From contig OZ024741.1 in assembly GCA_964016885.1 (NCBI GenBank), forward strand, positions 372,620,001 to 372,684,000: 64,000 nucleotides of DNA. Direction: 5' to 3'. This DNA is from Eledone cirrhosa. Taxonomy: Eukaryota. The position numbers and the translations under genes are program-made. The notes below the pieces were generated by a model that saw nothing but the letters and a program-made list of their open reading frames with translations, ran no database searches and had not been told where the DNA came from. Shown one piece after another: positions 24,903 through 36,950 of this stretch. The stretch's first letter is position 1, and each line of letters begins with the position of its first letter.

Positions 24903-25029
24903 AATATGCTTTTATAAATATAGTTTCCATTTGTCCATATCGTATTTTTACTCCAATTATTTGTTGAGTGCTTTATATCAGTTATAAAAATATTTGCTTG
25001 TTGTATCCCAACAATTTAAATAGAACTTT

Positions 25030-25065
<36 letters not shown>

Positions 25066-25477
25066 GCTTTGAATAAAATTGATTTTAGCGATCTTTTCAT
25101 TGAGATGTTATGTATATTGAACAAATTTACTTATGTATGATATATACTATATCATCATTATCATCGTTTAACGTCCATCTTCCACGCTAACATGGGTTGG
25201 ACGGTTTTGTTCCATTTGATGTGAGAATGGTTGGGAGACCGTGTCTCGCTCGTACGGAAGTGTCTCGGGCAGGTTTTTTACAGCTGGATGCCCTTCCTAA
25301 CACAAACCACATTTATAGTGTGGGCCGGGAGCCACCTTACAGTGTGAACTGTTGTGTCATCGACACAGTGGATGGAGCAGGAAAGGGAGGATGGGGTAGG
25401 GCATGTGGGGTGGGATGTACATTGGGTTAAGAGGTGCCTACTGACTAGGTTTGTATGCAATGTATATATATATATAT

Positions 25478-28310
25478 ATCATCAACATTTAATGCCCATT
25501 TTTCCATGTTAGCATAGGTTAGATGAGTTGTCCTATTGTGACACAAACTAGATCAGGTGACCGTGTCTTGTGTATACAGAAATGATTTTGGCTTAGTTTC
25601 TACAGCAGGATGTCCTTTCTAGAGCCAAGCGCATTTACAGTGTGTACTAGGTGCTTTTTGTTGTGACACCTACACAACCACTTTATAGTGTAAGCTGAGT
25701 GCTTTTTGTTGTGTTACCAACATGATCGCTTTATAGTGTGGACGGGATGTGCATGGGGATTAGAAAGGTAAATCTAGTGGTGGGGGGGATGAAGGGTGGG
25801 GTATTAGGGTGTGAGAAGTGTATGGAAGGGAGTGGTAAAGGAAAGTAGTGCGTTCTAGATGTATGCTTCAACCTGTGTACATGAGAAGGAGAGTCTTCTG
25901 TATTACTGCATAATGCCAGAGATCTCGATCTTGTGTCATCGTCTTTCAGAGGTGTAATTGGGCAAGGTCAGCTTTTATCATCTCATCTCAAGTCTTCCTA
26001 GGCCTTTCTACTCCAAAGCTTCCATCAACTTTGAGCGCCCTGCACTTTTTTTATACAGCTATCACCTTCATATGCATCACATGTCATACCAACCCAATTT
26101 CCTCTCTTGCACACTGCATCTGATCCCTTTTATGTCCAATTTCTCTTTTAGTTCATTTATGCTTTGCTGTTCATATATATTACGCATCCATTGAAGCATA
26201 CCAGCTTCATCTCTTTCCAATCTTCACAGGTCCTCTACACACAGCATCAAAGTCTCACTACCATGTAACATTGTTGTTCATATACATGCATTATACAATG
26301 AACACATCATTTTGAGGGAAAAACCTTTTGTAGCTAGCAGCAGCAGTAGTAGCTCCCTGAACCTTTTCCATCTCTTTTTCACTCTGGTTACTGTACTTTC
26401 AGCGTACTAACCTCCACTGCTAATTTGGTCACCCAGGTAGCAGAAGCTGTCAACTGCTTCTACAGGACCTTCCAAGAATTTGATAGCACTTGTTTCCTGT
26501 GAGTGTTTGTTACTTACTGCTCTTGTGCAACGGCCACAAGTAAAACCTACGTTCTGACATAACCTACCTGAGATCCCACTATATCTCTTGTGTACCCAAA
26601 GCATGCATTTGGGACAGCAGATGGAATTTCTACTCACCTTTTTCCTACACACTGATCCGGGCCTTGTTTTCCTTGCTACTTACTAGAACTTTGGTCTTTG
26701 CCAAGTTGACTTTAAGACTTTTTGATTCCAGGTTATGCTTCCAGGTCAGGAATATTTTCTCTAGTTCTGACATAGATTCAGCTATGAGAGTTAGATCATA
26801 AGCATATAGGAGTTCCCATGGGCTTTCTGTTTTAAACTTTTCTGTTATAGCCTGAAGGATGATAATAAACAGGAGAGAGCTTAGGACGGAGCCTTGGTTG
26901 ACCCCCATCTCGCACACTAAACTCCTTGCTATAGTCAATATTAACTTTAACCTTGCTGATAGCACCTCTGTACATGGCTTTTACCACCTTCACTAGCTAC
27001 TTTTCTCCTAGTTTCCTAAGAGCCCACCAGATTACAAAACAGGAGGCCCTGTTGAAAGCTTTCTCTAGGTCAACAAATGCTAAGTAGATGGGCTTGTTTT
27101 AGCTAGATACTCCTCCTGCAGTTGCCTCACAAGGAAGAAGACATCCATGGTACTTTTTCATGGCACAAATCCGAACTGCATCTCATCTAGGTTAATCCAA
27201 TCCTAATCAGTTGTACAATGACTCTTTCTGTAACTTTGATGACCTGGTCCATCAGTTTGATTCTACGATAGTTCCCTCTTTCTAGCAGTTGACAATGATG
27301 CTTCTATGCCAGTCGTTGGGTTTAGTACCATTTTGTATTACTTAGTTAACAATATGGTGTGTCCTACTGTCCCAGATGCTTTTAGCATCTCAGCAACTAT
27401 TCCCGATGGCCCGTTGCTTTGCCTCTTTTCATGTCTTTAATTGCCTTACTTATTACACAGCTACTGACTTGTACTGCTGACCCCTCTATAGGGTCTACCT
27501 GTGGCTGGCTTTCTTCCTCCCATACATTCTCCTCATTCATCAGTCTGTCAATGTGATACTTCCATGCTGCCTTCTTTTCGGTTTCAGTGAGGGCAAGTGC
27601 ACAACATTGCTATTTTCCCTAACATATTGCCTTGTGATCTTGAACACCTTGCATCTTTGGTCATTACTCCACATAACATGCATAAATTTTCTACTTTCAA
27701 CTTCCTTCCTTGCAAAGTATACTTGTTGCCTCACCTCTCTCTCTGCTTCCCCCATTTTGCGATTCCTTCCATGCCCGCCTCTTGGCCTTAATTGTTTCTT
27801 TCATTCTACTATTCAACAACCATGTCACTCTCAGCCATGTACCTCATTTGTGGCCTTTTGTAGATTGTCTCTCAGGAACTCTCACTTCTCCTCTATGTCA
27901 CTATTTCTTCTTCCTTATTGTCAAAAGTGACAAGTAAGATATCCTTAAATTTGTTACATGCTGAAGTTGCCTTTAATTTCCATATCCTTCTCCTCCCAAC
28001 TACCCTCTGTCATTGAGTTTGGCTAGCTCTAATTAGCAAGTCACTGAGGTTATGCTGAGAGGTGCATTCCTCACCCTAGAGGGCCTTTGTGTTTACAACC
28101 ATTGCTCTATCTTGCTTTCTGGTAAGGATGGAATCTATTTAGCTGGTGTGCTCACCTGATCTATAGGTGATCAAGTTGTTGTCAGGTTTTTTGAAGCTAG
28201 TGTTACAGATCGTCAGGTCATTAGTGTTACAGAATTCCAGGATCTCGGATCCCTTCTCATTTCTCGCACCAAACATGTACACACTGTGTATCTCGTAGAA
28301 GCCATCACAA
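25478..28310 (-). mobile_element. Old, nearly full-length degraded RTE LINE
   Basis: Minus-strand fragments cover EN (FGARNEKGSEILEFC), linker (AEREVRQQVYFAR), RT (NQGSVLSSLLF) and PHD, with many stops. Confidence 0.88.
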
Positions 28311-28433
28311 GGGTTGGATGAATCATCACAAACCAAGTCGGTATTTAATGAGAGTTACTGATTATATGTTCTTGTTATATATGTAACTCATGCAGTATGG
28401 AAAATAGATGTAAAATAGTGATGATGATGATGA

Positions 28434-28467
<34 letters not shown>

Positions 28468-29983
28468 ATATCTAAGTTAGACATGGCCTGGGCCAATACT
28501 GGCTGAAACCTATCAAAGTTATATATATATATCATCATGATGATTGAATAACATCCATTTTCCATGCTAGCGGGCTGTCCTTTTGTGAGAAATCAGGTCG
28601 GGGGACCGTGATTTGCTCACACAGAACTGATTTTGGCTAGGTTTTTACGGTTGGGTGCGCTTCCTAATGTCAACCACATTTACCGTGTGTGCTGGGTGCT
28701 TTTTGCTGTGTTACCTACATGACCACCTTACAGCGTGGACTGGGTGCTTGCTTTTGTCATGACACCTACATGACCACTGTAGCGTAGGTTGGGCTCTTTT
28801 GTCGTGGCTTCAGTAGGGATACGTTTAGGGAGGGGTGGGAAGATGCTTGGGGAGATTGGGGGTGTAGGTATAGGGGTGGGAGGTTTATGGTAGGGAATGG
28901 TGTTGCCTACTAGGTATATGCCTCAGCCCGAAAATAATAGAGGGCGGGACTTCTGTAATACTTCATAGCGCGTCCTGTGTCATTGCCTTAGTGAGGTGTA
29001 ATTGAGCAAAGTCAGCTCTTATTACTTTATCCAAAGTCTTCCTAGGCCTGCGCACTTCATGGCTACCATCAACCTTGAGCGCTTGCACCTTTTTAGCTCT
29101 GCACCTTTTTATATGCAAAAGGCTGTGTGGTTACAATGATAATATCAAAAACACGGAGAAATATAGGAAACAGAAAACTTGGAAGAGACAAGCACATGGA
29201 CAATTCCCTCTCAACGGCTGTCTTCTGGGGATCGCTATAGTTTTAGATGCTTTATAAGACAGGACTATTCACCACCACTGCATCAGTAGAGTCCATGGAA
29301 TATCCATGGAAAGCTATACGGGATGATAACAATGGACATTGGACAAAATTTAAAACAAAACAAATAAAAGCAAAAAGAAATATCTACATACTGATATGGG
29401 ACAGGGAAATTGTTACAATCAAAAGCAACACACACAAAACATCATGCTTATCATCACCCATTGCCCTATACTGCTTTGTTTTAACAATTTATTTATTTTC
29501 ATTTCTGTTTTTCTTTTGATGATTTTTGTGTTAGTTTCTTTTCTTCACTCTTTTCATACCAACTTGCTTGAAATCACCTTCAGTTTTATAATACAAAACT
29601 TTTGATTTAAGGTATTTATATTCAAATTTCACCATACCATCATAATTTTAAGTAAGAATCATTTGTTATATTCAAAATACCAGCTTAATTATGAAAATTT
29701 ATCCAATTTTTGTTTAATTATTTTCAATGAGAAAATTAATTTGATAAATTGATTTAGCAAAAAAAATAAATTTGGAAAATTGGATCATCGAAAAATAATT
29801 TTAAAAAATGGTTATAAAACATGAAATAAAAAATGTTCTTCACTTACTCTCCCTGCATTCTTGCTGTCCTACAATCTGGTTTTAGTTTAATCTATTTTGA
29901 CTTTCAACTTTCTATCTCATCCCATTTTCCCTTACTGGAATTTTCCTTGCTCTCTTTTAACCATAGAAATTCTTCTGCTACAG

Positions 29984-30133
29984 GATTTCGACCCTAGTTC
30001 AGCATTTTTTACCAATATTGTAAATAAGAAAAAGATGAATCTGAATATTAATGAACAATCTCAACTTTCCAATAAAGACCGCAGCAAAGATAGATCAATT
30101 TTACAATCTCACAGTGCCAACAGTGAAGATGAT
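29984..30133 (+). CDS. TTC31: TTC31-like exon (DFDPSSAFFTNIVNKKK...SEDD; phase 0 to 0)
   Basis: Acceptor tcttctgctacag, donor GTAAGT, 150 nt. The D-x-S-S-A-F motif resembles the TTC31-family D(L/M)xSxFV segment. Confidence 0.87.
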
Positions 30134-33100
30134 GTAAGTACCTTGAAATAATGTTTCATTTTTATCTTTCTATTAGCTCTTAACATCCTGTACAGTGGTA
30201 GTACTGGTGTCATGAGAAAAAACATTTAGTCTGCTATGTAAGATGGTCATGCTGGTGCCATGACAAAATGTACCCAGTCCACTCTGTAAGGTGGTTGTAC
30301 TAATGTCATGACAAAAAGCAACCAGTCTGCTTTCTAAGGTGTTGTGCTGTGCCACATCAAAAAGGATCGTGTCTACCCAGTAGAGTGATAGTGGTGGTAT
30401 CAAACTCCCAGTATACACTAATTTTGGTGTTAGGAAGGGCGTCCAGCCATAGAAAACCAAGCTAAAAGATGATCACTTGAGCAAGATACGGTCACCTAAG
30501 ATGTCTAGCCTTATAATGTGACAACACATCTAACCCATGCAAGCATGGAAAATAGATGTTAGACAGTGATGGTGGTGATGATGATGAGGATGATGATGAT
30601 GACTTTATACCACATGAATCTGCATTAGCAAGACGTTCTTGAAAAGTAAAATGTGCATCACATTAAAGATTTATGTCTTTTCTCTAATGTTGCAAAAGTT
30701 CACAACAATTTGTTCAGTAGTAAAGATACTGTTAACATTTGAATTAACAAACCTGTTAATAGTTAAATGTATTCCTAGACACTTTCAAATTCTATTTTTA
30801 TCAACTCTTATGACACTAACTTGCACACAATTGGTCCCTAATTCTGATACAGGATCTTCCACTTTAATATAGTCATATCTAAATGAATACAGTTTATCAT
30901 AATTCTATGTAAGAATATTTTATCAGTTTAATAATGACAAATCTGTTTTAATAAATCTAAGTAAGTCCCTGATTATTTTAAGAATTAATTACAAAAAAAA
31001 AAAAAAAAAATATATATATAGGCAGTATATTTCTATGGAATTATAGTAACGAAAGTATTTAAGTTAATTTGTACAACATACTTCAATGACATAAAAAGCA
31101 AAAGACTCATTTAAATGTCATTGCTAAACCTAAACTTACTAAACCAGGAAGAAGTGGTGAAAATTCAACATGTTTATTCAGTTATGTAGAGGATAGCAAT
31201 CATTATGGTGTGTGTGTGTGTTTGGAGGGAGTGGGGTTTGTTTGCACAGTTATTAACCACTTACTTGACACTAACTGGTGATTCTTGTTTGAAATTCGAC
31301 AACTTATCTACTTGGCCATCATATATGTATGTCTGTCTGTGTGTACTAGGTATCATCTGATACCAGCCACATTAATAAAATAATGATTTTAAATAGATAT
31401 ATTTATTGTAATTAGTTTTGTTATTTGACCCTGGATCAGACTAGATTCAGCAAATTTTTTAACAAAAGCGTTCCATTCTTGACTTTTGGTATATCAGGGA
31501 TTAACATTGTCTGATGTATCTTTATTTAAGACTGTAGGGTGTGGCTTCAGGAATATTTGGCTGCCATTTTTAGCAGGTTGAGAAACTATATAGAGGAACG
31601 CCATTGGCTAGATTGTAAGTAATTTTACCTATTTGTAATTCCTTACAATGGTTTACATAACTTACCACTCAGCACTAAACCTTGTTTTTGTTTGATAAAA
31701 ACTTGTGCAAATGAATAATATATGCTGATGGTGATAGAAACCCATGGCAAGATCAAACAATGGAAGACTTAGGAGTAAGTTGCCTGGTCAGATATAAAAA
31801 ACATTAGGTTTTACAAGTAAGATAAATACAAATGGGGAGAAATTGTTCAGCAACTCTCTATTATATGACTTCATGTAACAAACATCATGCTAAAATAACA
31901 TGGATTAGAAAGTGATTGACATTGATAATTATTGCATTGGTAGTATAGGATTCTAGCTGAATGTCTGGTGTTGTCCAGGCTCAAAATTAGCTATAGCATA
32001 GAATTGTTCTTAATGTAGGCATGCTCTATTTAATGAAATACCATTGAATTTCTGATGAAAAGTTATTTTTCATGAAAGAAATAAAACTCTAGTATCTCTT
32101 GTATTGTGTGACAGTTATGCATTCATTATGAATAGTATATTTTATAATTGTGTAATTGTGTAAATATCATAAAGCCAATTTCTGCTTATTAAACAAGGGC
32201 ACATGATTTAGTGAAAGTGAAGTAGTTTTTTTTAAAATTTCATTTAAAACAATTATTGAACATATATTTTATTCTTGATATTCTTTGTTTTTTAAAAAAG
32301 AATGTTACTCTTCATATTACTGGTAATTTGGGGAATATAACATTTGTCACTGTAAGTAACAGTAGGTAAATAAATAAAAATATAAGATATATAAATAAAT
32401 TTATTGTTGACTAAAACAATTCAGTGTGTTGCTCTACCACTACAAATATGGTACTACTAAGAAAGTAGTAATTTGAGAAAAGGAATGTATACTTTCCTAT
32501 ATATATATTCCATTCATCAAAAAGAATGAAGAAAGGGTGAAAAAATGTAACATTGTACAAATGCTCAGCAGATGACGGTTACTTGTATGTGTGATTATGT
32601 GCATACACCTCCAGTTAAATGTTGTTTGTCTTTCTAATCCTCTCCTTGCATGCTACTCTGTTTGGAATTTATACTCCGTTAATAATCTCTTTTTGTCTCT
32701 CTCTCTTACTCTCAATCTCCTTCTTTCTATATGTTGTTAAACGGGACATTAGACTAACCAACTGGCACGTCAGGAATTATATATTAGATTAGGCAGAGCT
32801 TGGATGAACTAAGGGAGAAACTGAGTTTAAGAGGAATCTGAAGTGGCGTGCAAGAGAGAACATGTGATGCATATGGATCGTGATCACTGGGTGAAGTGCC
32901 AGGAAAACCCATTTGAAGGAAGCCACAGAAGAGGTAGACCAAGAAAGACCTGAGAGCTGATTTCAAATTGCTCAGACTTACAGAGGAGATGATGAAGGAA
33001 CAGAGCAAAAGGAGAGATGCTGTGCTGAAAAGGACCCATCCAACCGATGCAAATATGGAAAATCGGATGTAAAAACGTTGATGATGATTCTCTTCAATAC

Positions 33101-33892
33101 ACAGCCACAACACAGAGTCAGGAGTAACAACAGAACAGTATAAAACTGTCAATCTTTTTCATGTATATAATGTTTCTGGCAGGGGTTTTATGGCAGAATG
33201 TCCTTCCTCATCACTATAGCTGTCCAAACAGCTAAATGCTGTCAAAGACAGTGATAGGCAAAAATGCCTTAGAGGACAGAGACCAGCGGCCAATGGTCAA
33301 CAGAAAAATAAATGACTGTTCTATCGATGAGTTTTCTCATTTTTATATGTATTCAAATATACTCTTGCTTCATCTCGATCAGAGACAACATTGTTTTAAT
33401 CTTATATCTATGATTAGCTTTCTATTTGGGACAGACACCACAGCTTGAGGTCCACTGTCTCATTATTTTATTTTCTTTGCTTTTTTTTTTTGTCCTATTT
33501 GTGCTCTTTGTTTTATCACGCACATCATACCAGCAGAAAGGTTTATTTTTCTGTTTCACAATCCAGCATTTTAAAATGGTACTTTTGAATTGTGCAAAAC
33601 CATTCTGCTGGTTTGAAAGCTGATGAGGGTGAAGATGTGTGTGTGTAAACTTGTCTTGTACATCGTCATTCTTTATTTCCTTCTTCCAGTCACTTCTGTA
33701 CACAAGCACACTTCTTCTTGTCCTCCTCCTCTTTCATTCTTTTCTATATTTCATCTGCCTGTCACCCGCCTTATGGATTGTCTCTCTGTTGACCACTGCT
33801 TTTTGTCCTCTTTTGCTGTCTTTGACAGCATTTAGCTGTTTTAACGGCTGTTCTAGCAATGAGTTTTCTCTTTTATATACTGGAGTGCACAA

Positions 33893-34240
33893 TGGAGGCA
33901 CATGGCTTAGTGGTTAGAGCATTGGCCTTGCAATCAAAAGGTTGTGCGTTCAATTCTCAGACCGGGTGATGTGTTGTTTCCTTGAGCAAGACACTTTATT
34001 TCACATTACTCCAGTTTACTCAGCTGTAGAAATGAGATGATAGGACTGGGGTTCCTATCATTCCACTGCACAGTGGTCGTGGAGGTGCCACAGCAAAAAA
34101 AGCACCCAGCACTCACTGTAAATGAGGTTGGTGTTAGGAAGGGCATCCAGCTGTAGAAATCAAGCCAGAATCAGTTCCCGTCCCATCCTTGCAAGCAGGG
34201 AAAAGTGGACGTAAAATGATGATGATGATGATAATGATGA
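33893..34240 (+). mobile_element. tRNA/CORE-like SINE with RTE tail (family of 6304-6640)
   Basis: High similarity to 6304-6640; a 5'-truncated antisense copy lies at 36110-36400. Confidence 0.85.
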
Positions 34241-34285
34241 TACTGGTTTATGGTGAGGCCGATAACATTGTTAGAACTCAGTGTG

Positions 34286-34326
34286 GCCCTGAAGAGATGG
34301 TTTTCGTGAAATATATATATGTAGGC
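34286..34326 (+). ncRNA. Degenerate minimal type I hammerhead-like motif
   Basis: gcc-CTGAAGA(34289-34295)-gatggttttcgt-GAAA-tatatatat-GTA-ggc: 3-bp stem I, weak stem II, self-complementary stem III. Confidence 0.5.
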
Positions 34327-34687
34327 GTGGGATGCAGTAATGGAACCTCGTGGTCCGGGGCCGAAAATTATGTTCCCACACAACACCGTTTCTACCACTA
34401 ACCAACTCATAGTATGCATTCTGATATACCAACTTGTATTTACTAAATACAAGTTATGTAAAATCATGGAGTGAGTGGCAAACGGTGATCTTGGATGAAT
34501 TCTATTTGTCTGGTTCGATAAATTTATATTTAATTCGCCCTCATAACGGATTTGCCTATGATCAAAAGTTGAATGTTATATATTTTCTTATTAATTCGAT
34601 TTCTATGTATTATGCACTTCCGATCATTTTTTATTAACTGGGTTGAGATCTACTGGCATGTAAAATGGTTATGGTGATGATATATCA

Positions 34688-35935
34688 GCATCATCATCAC
34701 CATTTAACTTCCATTTTTCCACACTAGCATGGGTTAGACGAGTTGTCCTGCTGTGAGACAAGCCAGATCAGATGACTATATCTTGCTCATACAGAACTGT
34801 TTCTGGCTTGGTTTCTATGGCTGGATACCCTTCCTAATGCCAAACATATTTACAGTGGACTAGGTGCTTTTTGTTGTGACACCTACATAGCCACTTTACA
34901 GTGTGGACTGGGTGCATTTTGTTGAAACGACCACTTTATACTGTGGACTCGGGCATGGGGAGGTATGTGGGGATTTGAGAGATAGAGCTAGGGTGGGGCA
35001 CCCTTCTGGTGGGGGTGTAGTGTTAGGACATGGGTGGAAGGTGTATGGAAGGGGAGGTCGGGGAAAGTTGAGCATACTAGATATATGCTTCAACCCAAAT
35101 ACATGGGAAGGCAGGTCTTCTATTACATAACGTCATCTTGTGTCATCACCTTCGAGAGAAATTGTGCAAGGTCAGCTTTTATCACCTCATCTCATGTCTT
35201 CCTAGGTCTTCCTTAACTTTGAGCACCCTACACCTTTTTATACAGCTGCCATCCTTCATACATATCACATGTCCATACAAATGCATTCTCCTCTCCTGCA
35301 CACTGCATCTGATCCCTCTTATGGCCAGTTTCACTCTCAGTTCATTTATGCTTTGTTGTTCTTGTATACTACTATTACACATCCATCGAAGCATGCCAGC
35401 TTCATTTCTTTCCAATCTTTGCAGGTCCCCTGCACACAGTGCCCAAATCTCACTACCATGCAACATTGCTGTGTGTATACACTTATAATACAATCTGCCC
35501 TTCATTTTGAGGGAAAAACCTTTTATAGCTAGCAGCAATAGTAGCTCCCCGAACTTTCTCCATCTTGTTCTTACTCTGGCTACTGAACCTAGAGAACACC
35601 CACCTTCCACTACTAATTAGGTCACCCAGGTAACAGAAACTATCAACTACTTCTACCAAGCTATTTGGGTATTTAAAGGAGCTAGTATCCTGCTGGGCCT
35701 TGCTACTTACTGTGTCTATGCAATGAACACACATAAAGCCTGCATTCTTTTCTAGCCTACCTGAAATCCTATTACATATCTTGTTTATCCATAATCTGCA
35801 TTTGGGGCATTGGATGGAATTTCTACCTATTCCTTTCCTGTACATAGAGCAGGACTATTTTCCTGAGGGAATCTGGGCCCTGTTTTCCTTTCTACATACT
35901 AGGGCGTTGTCTTTGCCAAGTTGACTTAAAGACCT
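34688..35935 (-). mobile_element. 5'-truncated degraded RTE LINE
   Basis: ORFs 35483-35845 and 35182-35610 are homologous to the PHD, YLG and C-terminal region. Confidence 0.88.
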
Positions 35936-35984
35936 TTTGTTACCAGGTTATATTTCCAGATTTGGAATTTCTTCTCTATGGAAT

Positions 35985-36007
35985 CCCCCCCCCCCCTCCT
36001 CTCTCTC

Positions 36008-36100
<93 letters not shown>
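35985..36100. repeat. Poly-C and (CT)n microsatellite
   Basis: About 90 nt of CT dinucleotide, seen directly. Confidence 0.97.
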
Positions 36101-36102
<2 letters not shown>

Positions 36103-36417
36103 TTATATATCATCATCATTTCATTTTACGTCCGCTTTTTCCCTGCTTGCAAGGGTGGGACGGGAACTGATTCTGGCTTGATTTCTACAGCTGGATGCCC
36201 TTCCTAACACCAACCTCATTTACAGTGAGTGCTGGGTGCTTTTTTGCGGTGGCACCTCCACGACCACTTTGCAGTGGAATGATAGGGTCCCTATCATCTC
36301 ATTTCTACAGCTGAGTAAACTGGAGCAATGTGAAATAAAGTGTCTTGCTCAAGGAAACAACACATCACCCAGTCTGAGAATTGAACTCACAACCTTTCGA
36401 TATATATATATATATAT

Positions 36418-36950
36418 AAACGGAAAAAATGAAACAAAATTTCATTTCTCACTCTTAGTACGGCTGTTACTTAAATATAAGTATGTATACGTACATACAT
36501 ATATGTATACAGACGTACAGTAGTATGTATATATATATATATACATACATGCACACATATATATATGTACGTATGGATTCACCGAACATTTATTATAATG
36601 CTTGGTGTGTTTGTAAACAAACATCCCGAATTAAGCCGTACAGTGTTGCTCATTTGTTCAACACTGACAAAGGAACGCTGTACTAGTTTCAAGCTTGTTA
36701 GCTATCGTCAGCAACGTATACCTTCCTGCCAGATAGTTGAACGTCCGTAAGTATATACTTTCCTTATACATATTAACGGCTGAGCAGCCTAATTTGCATA
36801 TCGAGTGAGTTAATCGGCCGGGCGCACCGAAAACGATAAACAGAAAAAATGAAACGAAATTTCATTTCTCACTCTTAGTACGGCTGTTACTTAAATATAA
36901 GTATGTATATGTATACAGACGTACAGTAGTATGTATATATATATATATAT
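36418..36950 (-). repeat. 420-bp tandem unit carrying a hammerhead (retrozyme/Penelope-like), left part of the array
   Basis: Segment 36418-36540 recurs at 36838-36950 (offset 420), and 36541-36950 recurs at about 41467-41900. Confidence 0.88.
36675..36717 (-). ncRNA. Minimal type I hammerhead ribozyme (predicted), copy 1
   Basis: Minus strand: acgttg-CTGACGA-t-agct-aaca-agct-t-GAAA-CTA-GTA-cagcgt. 6-bp stem I, 4-bp stem II, palindromic ACTAGT stem III, GUA cleavage triplet. Confidence 0.85.

Noticed and set aside
31738-31774. Exon-like segment ending in GTAAGT
   Set aside because: No polypyrimidine tract, and 37 nt would break the phase-0 intron frame.
35937-36207. ORFs with SLSLSL runs (also YIYIYI and CVCVCV ORFs elsewhere)
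   Set aside because: These are translations of microsatellites.
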